Shown here: positions 27,902 through 37,216 of the stretch, one piece after another
Layout of the letters: each line of letters starts with the position of its first letter
Position numbering within the stretch: position 1 is the first letter of the stretch
NCBI GenBank assembly: GCA_964641255.1
Contig: CAZXMM010000002.1
Location: 1-61,140, forward strand
Direction: 5' to 3'
From: an uncultured Gammaproteobacteria bacterium
GTDB lineage: Bacteria > Patescibacteriota > Microgenomatia > JAMCZE01
DNA: 61,140 bases
Position numbers and translations under genes: made by a program
The notes under the pieces: model-generated
What the model was told of the DNA's origin: nothing
Seen by the model: only the letters and a program-made list of their open reading frames with translations
The model's database searches: none

Positions 27902-29170
27902 ATGGGTAAGGATCTACAACCAAAAGTCTCGGGAACAAATTTTGCCACCTCAGAATATCACCCGATGGGCCCTATTAACCCTTGGACTAATGAGAAAATT
28001 ACACATGATCAGCCTCTTGCCACGAAAACGAGACGTGACTTTTTAGAAATATTTGCTGTCGGCACTGCACTGACTACGTTGGCAGCGGCCGAATCAGCTG
28101 TAGCCAACGCCTTTCCTTTTATTAAAGGTTCCCCAACTAGACCAGTGTGGGAACAACTAGCGACTGGGACAGTTGGTGCTGATGTTGAAGAGTTACGACG
28201 CTCGGTAGAACAACGTTTTGGTATTCAGTTTTTGAATCCAGACACGGGAATGCTAGCAGCAAGTCTTAAGGGAGAAGTATACCCAACTTGCTTTTGGGAT
28301 GCTCCCAGATTGGAAACAGTGAGACGATCTCTATCTATTCTTCCCTCTCACTTTTATGCTCCGCGCGAAGATTCTGATGGCAAGAAAAAGCCAATTCTAT
28401 TGGCCCTGGTTGATATACCTACGGCAAAGTTGCTGGAAAATAAAGTGGTAGTGGCCGAGTGTCAATGTGCCGAGCCCAACAATCAGACTATCGTCTTTGA
28501 TCGTAGTAGCTTGCCCGCAGTTTGGGGTTTTGGTTCTCAAGCATCAGCTATGTTGGCTCACGAACTCGTCCATACTCTTACTACACCTGAAATTGGTAGT
28601 TTCGCAGCGAAAATTTGTGGTGAACTGGAATGGGGTGGCCTAGGGATACGGCAACTGTTTCAATCGGAGATTACTACCCACCCCTTAGCAATGGAAACGT
28701 GGACAAATTTGCTCAACCTGAACTGGTGGGACAAAAACATAACCAACCTGCCGAACGGACGGATAGTATTCAAAAACCCTCACCAATATGTTCGCATCCA
28801 CCCTCAAGTACTAGTTCCCGCTGAACTATATTACTTGTTTGGTAAATATCTTTTTATATCAAGATTAGAGTCTATTTTACTGGCCAACCCTAAAGTGCTT
28901 GGGGAAAAAGGAGATGATTATTTGCTGAGTCCTAATAACGGTATCCGCAATAACAATGCTAGTCCGGATTTGGAAAGCTATACTAGTCATTTGGGCTATG
29001 GTGCCCGAACTATGCACGAATTTATTTCCGTTGCATCAGAAATCTATCTTCAAGGGAAACCTACCTTTTTAGGTCAATACGGTGTATTCATGGGTAGCCG
29101 GGTGGCAGAAAATTTATACCAAAGAATAAAGAAGGAAATTTATCAGGGAATAGAATATCCTAGCGCTTGA
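27902..29170 (+). CDS. putative Tat-exported zinc metallopeptidase-like protein
   Basis: Twin-arginine motif TRRDFLEIFAVGTALTTLAAA. HExxH motif in MLAHELVHTL. Confidence 0.5.
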   Translation: MGKDLQPKVSGTNFATSEYHPMGPINPWTNEKITHDQPLATKTRRDFLEIFAVGTALTTLAAAESAVANAFPFIKGSPTRPVWEQLATGTVGADVEELRRSVEQRFGIQFLNPDTGMLAASLKGEVYPTCFWDAPRLETVRRSLSILPSHFYAPREDSDGKKKPILLALVDIPTAKLLENKVVVAECQCAEPNNQTIVFDRSSLPAVWGFGSQASAMLAHELVHTLTTPEIGSFAAKICGELEWGGLGIRQLFQSEITTHPLAMETWTNLLNLNWWDKNITNLPNGRIVFKNPHQYVRIHPQVLVPAELYYLFGKYLFISRLESILLANPKVLGEKGDDYLLSPNNGIRNNNASPDLESYTSHLGYGARTMHEFISVASEIYLQGKPTFLGQYGVFMGSRVAENLYQRIKKEIYQGIEYPSA

Positions 29171-29195
29171 TCTACTGACATGATAAAGTAGTGCT

Positions 29196-30266
29196 ATGAC
29201 CTCACTTGACAATGTTGCCGCGATGCAAAAATTGGACCCCGGGCAGGTACTAGAATCAACCGCTCAGTATGTTGATCAGTGTGAAGAGGCCTGGCGGGAA
29301 TCCTCCCAAATTGATTTCCCTCTCGAGTACAAAACCTGTTTTAATGTGGTGGTAGTCGGCATGGGGGGGTCGCAGTTTCCGGCGAGGACCGTCAAGGCGC
29401 TGTTTTTTGACCAGATCGCCGTGCCCTACGAAATTGTCAGCGACTACACTTTGCCCAGTTATGTCCATAGTAACAGTGTTGTGGTTTTGTCCTCGTACTC
29501 AGGTACTACTGAGGAACCTATCTACGCCTGTGGGGACGCCCTTAATCGGGGAGCAAAAATTACCGGAGTCACCCGAGGTGGTCAGGTTGCCGAGTTTTTA
29601 AGGAGTCAACGGCTGCCCAGCTATATTTTTTCTGATCGCTACAATCCCTGCGGGGAGCCACGGGTGGGTGGGGGATATATGCTACTTGGACATATGGGAC
29701 TCCTTAAATCTCTGGGGCTACTGGCTATTTCCGACACTCAGGTCGAGGCCGCCCTCGGTTTTGCCCGTAATTTAGTGGCCACCATGCTACCTACTGTGTC
29801 CGAAGGGCAAAATCCCGCCAAACAGCTGGCTCGAATTTTACAAGATACTCAGCCGTTTTTTATCGGTGCGGGCTTTTTGCAGGGTTTTCTTAACGGTTTT
29901 GGCAATCAAGTCAACGAAACGGCTAAAACTATTTCGGATTTTCGGGTCATTCCCGAGCTCAATCATCATTTGCTGGAAGGACTGCAGTTCCCAGCTACGC
30001 TTCATGAGACTGGGCTATTTGTGTTTATTGAATCCGACCTTTACTCGGATAAAATTAAAAAGCGCTTCGTGGTGACCAAAGATGTTGTGAAACAGCAAAA
30101 AGTAAAGACTCACGTCATTAAACTAACCGGTTCCACCCAATTGGCCCAGGTACTAGAGGGCTTTGTTCTGTCTAGTTTTACTACTTTTTATATGGCCATG
30201 TTAAGAGACTTGGATCCGGCGTCCGTTCCTTGGGTCGACTATTTCAAAAAAGAATTGGCTAGATAG
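29196..30266 (+). CDS. bifunctional phosphoglucose/phosphomannose isomerase (SIS-domain type)
   Basis: VVVVGMGGSQFPARTV and VVVLSSYSGTTEE are SIS-domain motifs. Length and layout fit archaeal/bacterial PGI-PMI. Confidence 0.75.
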   Translation: MTSLDNVAAMQKLDPGQVLESTAQYVDQCEEAWRESSQIDFPLEYKTCFNVVVVGMGGSQFPARTVKALFFDQIAVPYEIVSDYTLPSYVHSNSVVVLSSYSGTTEEPIYACGDALNRGAKITGVTRGGQVAEFLRSQRLPSYIFSDRYNPCGEPRVGGGYMLLGHMGLLKSLGLLAISDTQVEAALGFARNLVATMLPTVSEGQNPAKQLARILQDTQPFFIGAGFLQGFLNGFGNQVNETAKTISDFRVIPELNHHLLEGLQFPATLHETGLFVFIESDLYSDKIKKRFVVTKDVVKQQKVKTHVIKLTGSTQLAQVLEGFVLSSFTTFYMAMLRDLDPASVPWVDYFKKELAR

Positions 30267-30274
30267 ATAACTCT

Positions 30275-30913
30275 ATGGCCAGGCTGCCCTTACTTGCTAC
30301 TGTGACAATCCTGCTGGGGATTTCTCTCCTTGTAAATATTCAGCTTCTAACGGCGCGGGCTAAAGAAGACACTGTTTCTTCGGTGGTTGACGGTGATACT
30401 TTTCAACTAACCTCGGGTAAGCGGGTCCGACTTATGGGGGTAGATAGCCCCGAATCTCAAAGTTGTGGGGGCAGCGAAGCCAAACAGAGGCTTTCTGAGC
30501 TGGTTCTTAATAAGGCAGTGCTTCTTAAAGAGGGGGTCAGTGAAGCTTATGGTCGCACCCTGGCGCTGGTGTATGTCGATGACCAGCTTATCAACAAAAT
30601 TATTATGGAAGAGGGCTGGGGGCGACCAGATTACCGGAAGAACTCACAAAGAGAGGTGTTGACCCGGGCCTATAAACAGGCAGTCAAGAACAAGTTAGGT
30701 TTGTGGGGCCAGTGTATAAGTCGGGATGCTTTACAGTCCCAGTGTCAGATCAAAGGCAATATTGACACCGCTACCTACGAAAAGTTTTACCATCTCCCTA
30801 GTTGTACCCATTATAAAGAAACAGTTTTAAATCTGGCGTTTGGAGAAGCATGGTTTTGTTCGGAAAAAGACGCTCGGGATGCCGGTTTCAAAAAAGCCCA
30901 AAGTTGCCCTTGA
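30275..30913 (+). CDS. secreted thermonuclease (staphylococcal nuclease-like)
   Basis: N-terminal signal/anchor. VVDGDTFQLTSGKRVRLMGVDSPES SNase motif. C-terminal Cys-containing tail CQIKGNID...YHLPSCTHY...FCSEKDARDAGFKKA. Confidence 0.8.
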   Translation: MARLPLLATVTILLGISLLVNIQLLTARAKEDTVSSVVDGDTFQLTSGKRVRLMGVDSPESQSCGGSEAKQRLSELVLNKAVLLKEGVSEAYGRTLALVYVDDQLINKIIMEEGWGRPDYRKNSQREVLTRAYKQAVKNKLGLWGQCISRDALQSQCQIKGNIDTATYEKFYHLPSCTHYKETVLNLAFGEAWFCSEKDARDAGFKKAQSCP

Positions 30914-30924
30914 TGAATTCATCG

Positions 30925-30953
30925 TTGACAGCCATACACGCGTCATTTATAAT
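30925..30953 (+). promoter_or_regulatory. perfect-consensus sigma70 promoter TTGACA-17-TATAAT
   Basis: TTGACA at 30925-30930, 17-nt spacer, TATAAT at 30948-30953. It lies 12 nt after the nuclease stop and about 190 nt upstream of tRNA-Ala. Confidence 0.6.
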
Positions 30954-31074
30954 CCCAGAAGTTCACGGTTCGGGTGAACAATTCTCGATGCAAAAACAAG
31001 CAACATATTCTAAGTCTGCCCCGCTGGGGAATTTTGTGCCGTAAAGAGCTTGTTTTTACTTCGCAGAGCTTCAC

Positions 31075-31097
31075 CCGTCCGGAAAGGACGGTTTTTT
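31075..31097 (+). terminator. hairpin plus U-tract (intrinsic terminator/attenuator) between the consensus promoter and tRNA-Ala
   Basis: CCGTCC-ggaaa-GGACGG followed by TTTTTT. Confidence 0.5.
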
Positions 31098-31144
31098 AAT
31101 TCTGGTCGCACTTTTAAGATAGCGGGATTGTAGGCAGAACACTC

Positions 31145-31219
31145 GGGCCGTTAGCTCAGTGGTAGAGCACTTCATTTGCAATGAAGGGGTCAGGAGTCCG
31201 ACTCTCCTACGGTCCACCA
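31145..31219 (+). tRNA. tRNA-Ala: tRNA-Ala (UGC), CCA encoded
   Basis: GGGCCGT/ACGGTCC acceptor with G3:U70, anticodon arm CTTCA-TTTGCAA-TGAAG, T arm AGGAG-TCCGACT-CTCCT, ACCA end. Confidence 0.9.
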
Positions 31220-31267
31220 AGGGTTATCGGTTCTTAGGCACCAAAATCTGATAGTTGGTGATTAGGA

Positions 31268-31504
31268 ATGGGTAATCAAGAAAAGATTGACCGACTGCTC
31301 ACAGAGTATCAAAGACTGGTCTCAAGGCTCAATGACATCAATGACCAGATGAACGAGGTCGGGACAGACACAGAAGACATGATACCCGGGCACGACGAAG
31401 GAGGTGAATTTTACGCTAAATTCGTCAAATATCAATCGGTAATGGCGCAAATTACCTCAATCCGAGGTGAACTAAGAAAACTAGGGTACAAACGGGCACT
31501 TTAA
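31268..31504 (+). CDS. small hypothetical helical protein lying between tRNA-Ala and 23S
   Basis: 78-aa ORF with charged, coiled-coil-like composition (IDRLLTEYQRLVSRLNDINDQMNE). No convincing RBS. Confidence 0.35.
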   Translation: MGNQEKIDRLLTEYQRLVSRLNDINDQMNEVGTDTEDMIPGHDEGGEFYAKFVKYQSVMAQITSIRGELRKLGYKRAL

Positions 31505-31564
31505 AAAGTTATCAATAAGTAGGTTTAGGCGAATTGAAGCTAGTTATTGGTGACTTTACTCTCT

Positions 31565-31577
31565 TGCTCTTTAAAAA
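31565..31577 (+). promoter_or_regulatory. boxA antitermination-like element upstream of 23S
   Basis: TGCTCTTTAAAAA versus E. coli boxA TGCTCTTTAACAA (12 of 13). A second GCTCTTTAAAA lies at 35991-36001, between 23S and 5S. Confidence 0.5.
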
Positions 31578-31589
31578 GTGAATAGAAGG
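31573..31589 (+). other. 5' arm of the pre-23S processing stem
   Basis: AAAAAGTGAATAGAAGG is complementary to 35958-35974 (CCTTCTGTTCACTTTTT), with one G-U pair. Confidence 0.65.
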
Positions 31590-32123
31590 TAAATAAATAT
31601 ATGCCGCACTTAATTGTGTGGCATAGAGGAAGTATTTTTACAGCAAAAATTGATCTACTCATAATGCCAGTGGTGGATGCCTTGGCAGAAAGAACCGATG
31701 AAGGACGGTTATACGACGCCGATATGGTTGGGTTGCTGTCTATTAAGCATTATCCAGCCGTTTCCGAATGGAGCAATCCTCGTTGCGAAGAGCAGCGAAC
31801 CTACCTATGAATACATAGTATGTAGGGGGCAACCTCCTGAACTGAAACATCTAAGTAAGGAGAGGAATAAAAAATAATAATGATTCCCATAGTAGCGGCG
31901 AGCGAACTGGGAAGAGACTAAACCGATTCGCAAGAATCGGGGTTGCGGGACCACAACATAGTATTAGCTTTGTATAGAAGAATTCCCTGGAAAGGGGAGC
32001 CAAAGAGGGTGATAGCCCCGTACTCGAAATGTGAAGCTAGCTTAGTGGTATCCCAAGTATCACGGGGCACGACACCCTGTGAGAATTCGTGACGCCCAGC
32101 GTCATAAGTCTAAATATTCTTTC

Positions 32124-32170
<47 letters not shown>

Positions 32171-33635
32171 GGAAGGGGAGTGAAATAGTAACTGAAACCA
32201 TTGGCTAACAAACAACAGGAGCGCTCATTTCGCAAGGAATGGGGGTGACTGTGTGCCTATTGAAGAATGAACCGGTGAGTTGCTCAATGTCCGTTTTGTC
32301 TAAGCGATTCTGTCGCGAAGCGTAGTGAAAGCAAGGCTTAATTGGCCGAAATTCCACGGATATTGGCAGACCCGAAACCTGGTGAGCTAACCATGAGCAG
32401 GGCGAGCTCCAACGAAAGTTGGAAGGAGGCCCGAACTCGTTGTCGTTGCAATGACATGAGATGACTTGTGGTTAGGGGTTATATGCCTAACGAACCAGGA
32501 GATAGCTGGTTCTCCCCGAAATATATATAGGTATAGCGGTTGATGATCCTCTTTGGTGGTAGAGCACTGGATGGCCCCGGTAGCGCAAGCTGCTGTGGGC
32601 TAACCAAACTCCGAATGCCGAGGAGTCTATAGTCAACCAGTCAGAAGGCGACGGCTAAGCGCCGTCTTCTAAAGGGAAACAGCCCAGACTCAAAGCTAAG
32701 GTCCCTAATGAAATCTAAGTCTTAAGGATGTGAGACTTTTAAGACACCCAGGAGGTTGGCTCAGAAGCAGCCATCCTTTAAAGAAAGCGTAACAGCTCAC
32801 TGGAATAAAAGTTTCGCGCCGAAAATGATCGGGAATTAAGATTTCAACCGAAGCTTGAGATTTTGTATTTTATACGAAGTGGTAGGGGAGCGTTCTCTTC
32901 TAGAGTGAAGGTAACTCGTGAGGGTTGCTGGACGAAAGAGAAGTGAGAATGCCGGTATGAGTAGCGTTAAAATTATGTGAGAACCATAATCGCCGAAAGT
33001 CTAAGGTTTTCCATTCAACGTCAATCGGAATGGAGTGAGTCGGCCCTAAGCGTGACCCGATTGGGATAGCGCGATGGATAACAGGTTAGTATTCCTGTAC
33101 AAGGAGTAAGTCGTTATCAGCTAAGGAAGGACAGAGTGGAGATAGTCTAGTCCGCCCATCGAACATGGCGGATCTAAGTACTGAAATAGTGGTGAGTAGT
33201 AAATCTCTCACTATGTTTAATTGAGGTACGAATGCAACCCAAAGCAAAAACTAGGGGAGTAGGCAAGACTTGACTCTCGAGAAAAATTTCGTAGCGAGAC
33301 TTATTTTTTCCCGTACCAACAACCAACACAGGTGGACTGGTAGAGTATACCAAGGCGATCGGAAGAACTATGCTTAAGGAACTCGGCAAAGCAGCTCGGT
33401 GTAACCTAGGGAGATACCGTCCCCAATTTATTTGGGGTGCAACAACTGATTGCTATGCGACTGTTTAACTAAAACACAGGCCTCTGCAAAGCCGAAAGGC
33501 GACGTATAGGGGCTGACACCTGGCCAGTGCTAGTAGATTAAGACTGGTAGTGAAGACCGTAAGGTATCAGCTATTGGTTTAAGTCCTAGTGAACGCCAGC
33601 AGTAACTATAACTGTTCTAAGGTAGCGAAGTTCCT

Positions 33636-34657
33636 CGATAGGGGTCCCGCCGTTTGGCGGGAGAATCTAGCTATTTGCTGAAATCTCTGCCAGTATCTTG
33701 CACTACCTGACAAAGAAGAATAACGTTATTCTATGTCGGGTGAAAATGTGTCAAGTGACGCAGACAATCAGCAGGAAACACTGTATTACTTCTCCGGTTT
33801 TTTAACAGGAGAAGGGTCAATAAGCCTTATTAAAGCGACCAACAAAAAAGGAGGGACGGGGTTTTACTTTACTCCTGATATTACTGTCAGTAATGCAGAT
33901 TTGCATCTTCTTGAAGAGGTAAATCAAGTTATTGCCCAAAATAGAGGGATTATTACCGCGATTAAGGGAGGATATAACCTTTCATTTCGCGGTAAAGAAA
34001 AAGTAAAGCTTGTCCTTTCCTTCCTAAATAAGTATCCACCTATCGCGGGTGATCTTATAAGGGAGAAAATTCTTCTTTTAAAGCAAGCGATTGCTATTTT
34101 GTCCAAAAAGCAGAATAGCAATAAGCGGTTGAATAAAGAAGTAATTCGGATTGAAAAGTTGCGGTCTAGGCTTAAAGAAATTAAGAAAGATGCTAAACCA
34201 AGAAAGAATTTTCTTAATGTTCCTGCAAATCATAAGGAAATAGGATATTTTCTTGCTGGAATAGTTGACGCTGAAGGATCAATGGGATGGCGCAAGTCGG
34301 GTGACCGACTCCAACCATACTTTTGTGTTCTCATGCGGGAAGAAGCGATTATCAATTTATTACAAAAATATTTTGATTGTGGCCATATCTACTATCGCCC
34401 AGCAGAAAAATTATTTCACTTTGAGACAGGTAAAAGGGAAAATGTTTTTGAGCTTTGCTCATTCTTTTTACACAAATCTCCAGTGCGCCTTACTAAAAAT
34501 ATTGTGCGCATGCGAGACATACAGCGGATCCTCAACGACTATACGCTAGAACATCTGAGAAATTAGATGGAAGATATAGTCTGAACTTAATAGCGATATT
34601 AAGAGTCTTTGATGGAACTAGAAAGACATTCTGATATTAATCAGAATTAACACATTG
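33636..34657 (+). mobile_element. group I intron in 23S at the E. coli ~1917 site, carrying a LAGLIDADG ORF
   Basis: The exon ends ...GAAGTTCCT (T at 33635). The intron ends in G (34657) before TGTCGGGTAAG. GAAGATATAGTC motif at about 34568. Confidence 0.75.
33733..34566 (+). CDS. double-motif LAGLIDADG homing endonuclease
   Basis: FSGFLTGEGSI and FLAGIVDAEGSM motifs about 150 aa apart; 277 aa. Confidence 0.8.
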   Translation: MSGENVSSDADNQQETLYYFSGFLTGEGSISLIKATNKKGGTGFYFTPDITVSNADLHLLEEVNQVIAQNRGIITAIKGGYNLSFRGKEKVKLVLSFLNKYPPIAGDLIREKILLLKQAIAILSKKQNSNKRLNKEVIRIEKLRSRLKEIKKDAKPRKNFLNVPANHKEIGYFLAGIVDAEGSMGWRKSGDRLQPYFCVLMREEAIINLLQKYFDCGHIYYRPAEKLFHFETGKRENVFELCSFFLHKSPVRLTKNIVRMRDIQRILNDYTLEHLRN

Positions 34658-35121
34658 TGTCGGGTAAGTTCCGACCCGCACGAAAGGTAGAACGACATAG
34701 CGACTGTCTTGAGCATAGGTCCGGCGAAATTGAAATGGCTGTGAAGATGCGGCCTAGACATACTTGGACAAAAAGACCCCGTGGAGCTTTACTGCAACTT
34801 GGCATTGTTGAGCTTTTTTTCATTGTCTAGCAATAGGCGGGAGGCGCAAGCCACTAATGTAAGACCGCTCTTGAGAGATTGTGAGACTCACCTCGTTCCT
34901 GTCAAAAATTCAGGCGAGGGACATTGTCTGGTGGGCAGTTTAACTGGGGAGGTTGACTCCTAAATTGTAACGGAGTCGTACAAAGGTACGCTAGCCTCGG
35001 ATGGAAATCGAGGTGATAGGGCAAACCCAAAAGCGTGCTTGACTGCGAGACATACAAGTCGAGCAGAGACGAAAGTCGGTGTTAGTGATCTGGCTAATGC
35101 TTACTGGTAAGCATAGAGCTT

Positions 35122-35154
<33 letters not shown>

Positions 35155-35197
35155 GATCTCGCCCAAGCGTCCACAGCGACGGCGTGGTTTGGCACCT

Positions 35198-35534
35198 TAA
35201 ATAAGACATTGGGGTGATATGAAAGTAATTTCGTACCAATAGTTATCATAGAAAGTCTTTTTGAAATGTAAATTCAGCTAATATCGGTGAAATCCTGAGT
35301 TACCCATTGGACACTTGAGAGAGTGAGAGTAACGGATAATACCGAGGGAAGTCGACACAAACAGTGTTTGACCCCGTATCGACTGATTTCTTAGCAACTT
35401 GTTGTTAAGAATGAGATTGAGAATAAATCGATATCAACTCAATCACACGCTGACCCCTGACAATTATCAGGGTGAAGATATAGTCAGATCTCTTCAGAAA
35501 CGAAGAGTGCAAAATTCCATTTTTTGGAATATTG
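35198..35534 (+). mobile_element. ORF-less group I intron in 23S at the E. coli ~2500 site
   Basis: 337 nt between GGCACCT and CGATGTCGGCTCATC. 5' exon ends in T, intron ends in G. ATACCGAGGGAAGTC...GACCCCGTA and GAAGATATAGTC motifs are shared with 16S intron 2. Confidence 0.75.
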
Positions 35535-35957
35535 CGATGTCGGCTCATCCTATCCTGGGGCTGGAGAAGGTCCCAAGGGTCCGGCTGTTCGCCGGTTAAA
35601 AGGGTACGCGAGCTGGGTTCAGAGCGTCGTAAGACAGCTCGGACTCTATCCAGTATGTCCGTGGGAATTTTGAGGGGAGTTGAGCCTAGTACGAGAGGAC
35701 TGGCTTGAACGAATCCCTGGTGTGCCAGTTGTTCCGTCAGGAGCATCGCTGGGTAGCTATATTCGGATTGGATAAGCGCTGAAAGCATCTAAGTGCCAAG
35801 CCAACCCCAAGATAAGAATTCCATCCCCACCTCGGTGGGGTGAAGACCCCTGGTAGACTACCAGGTTGATAGGCGACGAGTGTAAGGCCAGTAATGGTTT
35901 CAGCTGAGTCGTACTAATTTGGTCGAATGTAGATTATTCTTTGCAGTTAAAAATACG

Positions 35958-35974
35958 CCTTCTGTTCACTTTTT
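35958..35974 (+). other. 3' arm of the pre-23S processing stem
   Basis: Reverse complement of 31573-31589. Confidence 0.65.
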
Positions 35975-36015
35975 ATTGAGTAAGTAGTAAGCTCTTTAAA
36001 AGTTTAATACGAATT

Positions 36016-36141
36016 GTTCTGTCGGTCTCTTGAGCGGTCTGGAACCACTCCTTCCCATTCCGAACAGGGATGTGAAACGGGCCAGCGTCGACAATACTTG
36101 ATGGGAAACTTTCTGGGAAGATAGATCGAGGCCGGTAGAAC
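36016..36141 (+). rRNA. rrf: 5S rRNA
   Basis: CCCATTCCGAACAGGGATGTGAAACGGGCCAGCG core. Termini GTTCTGTCGG/CCGGTAGAAC pair, extended by the perfect flanking complement TACGAATTGTTCT/AGAACAATTCGTA. Confidence 0.8.
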
Positions 36142-36164
36142 AATTCGTACTAATGTAAACCAAA

Positions 36165-36186
36165 CCTGGCGCCGGCCAGGTTTTTT
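36165..36186 (+). terminator. intrinsic terminator of the 23S-5S unit
   Basis: CCTGGC-gccg-GCCAGG followed by TTTTTT. Confidence 0.7.
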
Positions 36187-36213
36187 GATGCCTTGTTCTG
36201 GTATCATCGTCGT

Positions 36214-37194
36214 ATGGTAAAAAGAGGTCCGGTCTTTCTTGTCGCGATTTTCCTTATTGGGGTAGTTGGGCTCTTTAGTGTGGGTAACTGGTATCTAGCG
36301 CCAGTTGGGGGGGGTAACTCCTTGGAGCAAACGATAAGCTTTACTACTGACACCGATCTGATGCTAGTTAGTCAAAAACTCAAGCAAGAAGGATTCATCA
36401 GAAGCGAAACAGTATTTAATCTGGTAGGAGAATTCCGTACTAAAGAGAGAATCATTCCCGCCGGAGGCTACAAAGTGTCTAAAGCGATGGGAGTGTTTGA
36501 GCTGATTGATGCCATTTATCGGGGACCCCAACTCAAGTGGATCACAATTCCCCCGACTCTGCGGAAAGAGGAAATAGCGGAAAAGCTGGCGGTAAGTTTT
36601 GAGTGGGGAGAAGAGGACGCCAAGGGATTTCTTAGTGCGTATCAAAAAGTACCAGGAGCCACCGCCGAGGGTATGTATTTCCCAGATACCTATTTAATCC
36701 CCATTGACGAGAGTGGAGAACAAGTGGGGATGCGAATGATTTATCATTTTAACGATCAGGTGGCGCCTTTAGTACCGAAATTTGCTGCGGCAAATATCAA
36801 GTTAGACACCGCTCTCAAGATTGCCTCTCTCGTGCAAAAGGAAGCGGGAGCTACAGACAAAAAATTGGTCGCCGGGATTATTTGGAACCGCTTACTAAAG
36901 GGGATGCCCCTGCAGATAGATGCTACCGTGCAATACGCTAAGGGCAAGGTAGGGAACACTTGGTGGAGTCGGGTAAGTCGGGACGACTATAAATTTGACT
37001 CACCGTTTAATACCTATAAAATACCTGCTTTGCCGCCCACCCCCATTGCTAATCCGTCACTAGCTGCTATTGAGGCGGTGCTAAATCCCGATCAAACTGA
37101 CTGCCTTTTTTACTTGCACGATCCTTATCGGGATATTTACTGCAGTCCTACCTACGAAGGTCATTTGAAAAATATTGACAAATATTTAAAGTAG
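36214..37194 (+). CDS. mltG: endolytic murein transglycosylase MltG (YceG-like)
   Basis: EGMYFPDTYLIP, ASLVQKEAG, IWNRLLKGMPLQIDATVQYA and SPFNTYKIPALPPTPIANP. ATG 36214 is preferred over the track TTG 36193, which abuts the terminator. Confidence 0.85.
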   Translation: MVKRGPVFLVAIFLIGVVGLFSVGNWYLAPVGGGNSLEQTISFTTDTDLMLVSQKLKQEGFIRSETVFNLVGEFRTKERIIPAGGYKVSKAMGVFELIDAIYRGPQLKWITIPPTLRKEEIAEKLAVSFEWGEEDAKGFLSAYQKVPGATAEGMYFPDTYLIPIDESGEQVGMRMIYHFNDQVAPLVPKFAAANIKLDTALKIASLVQKEAGATDKKLVAGIIWNRLLKGMPLQIDATVQYAKGKVGNTWWSRVSRDDYKFDSPFNTYKIPALPPTPIANPSLAAIEAVLNPDQTDCLFYLHDPYRDIYCSPTYEGHLKNIDKYLK

Positions 37195-37216
37195 ACATTT
37201 TGCTACAATCACTGGT

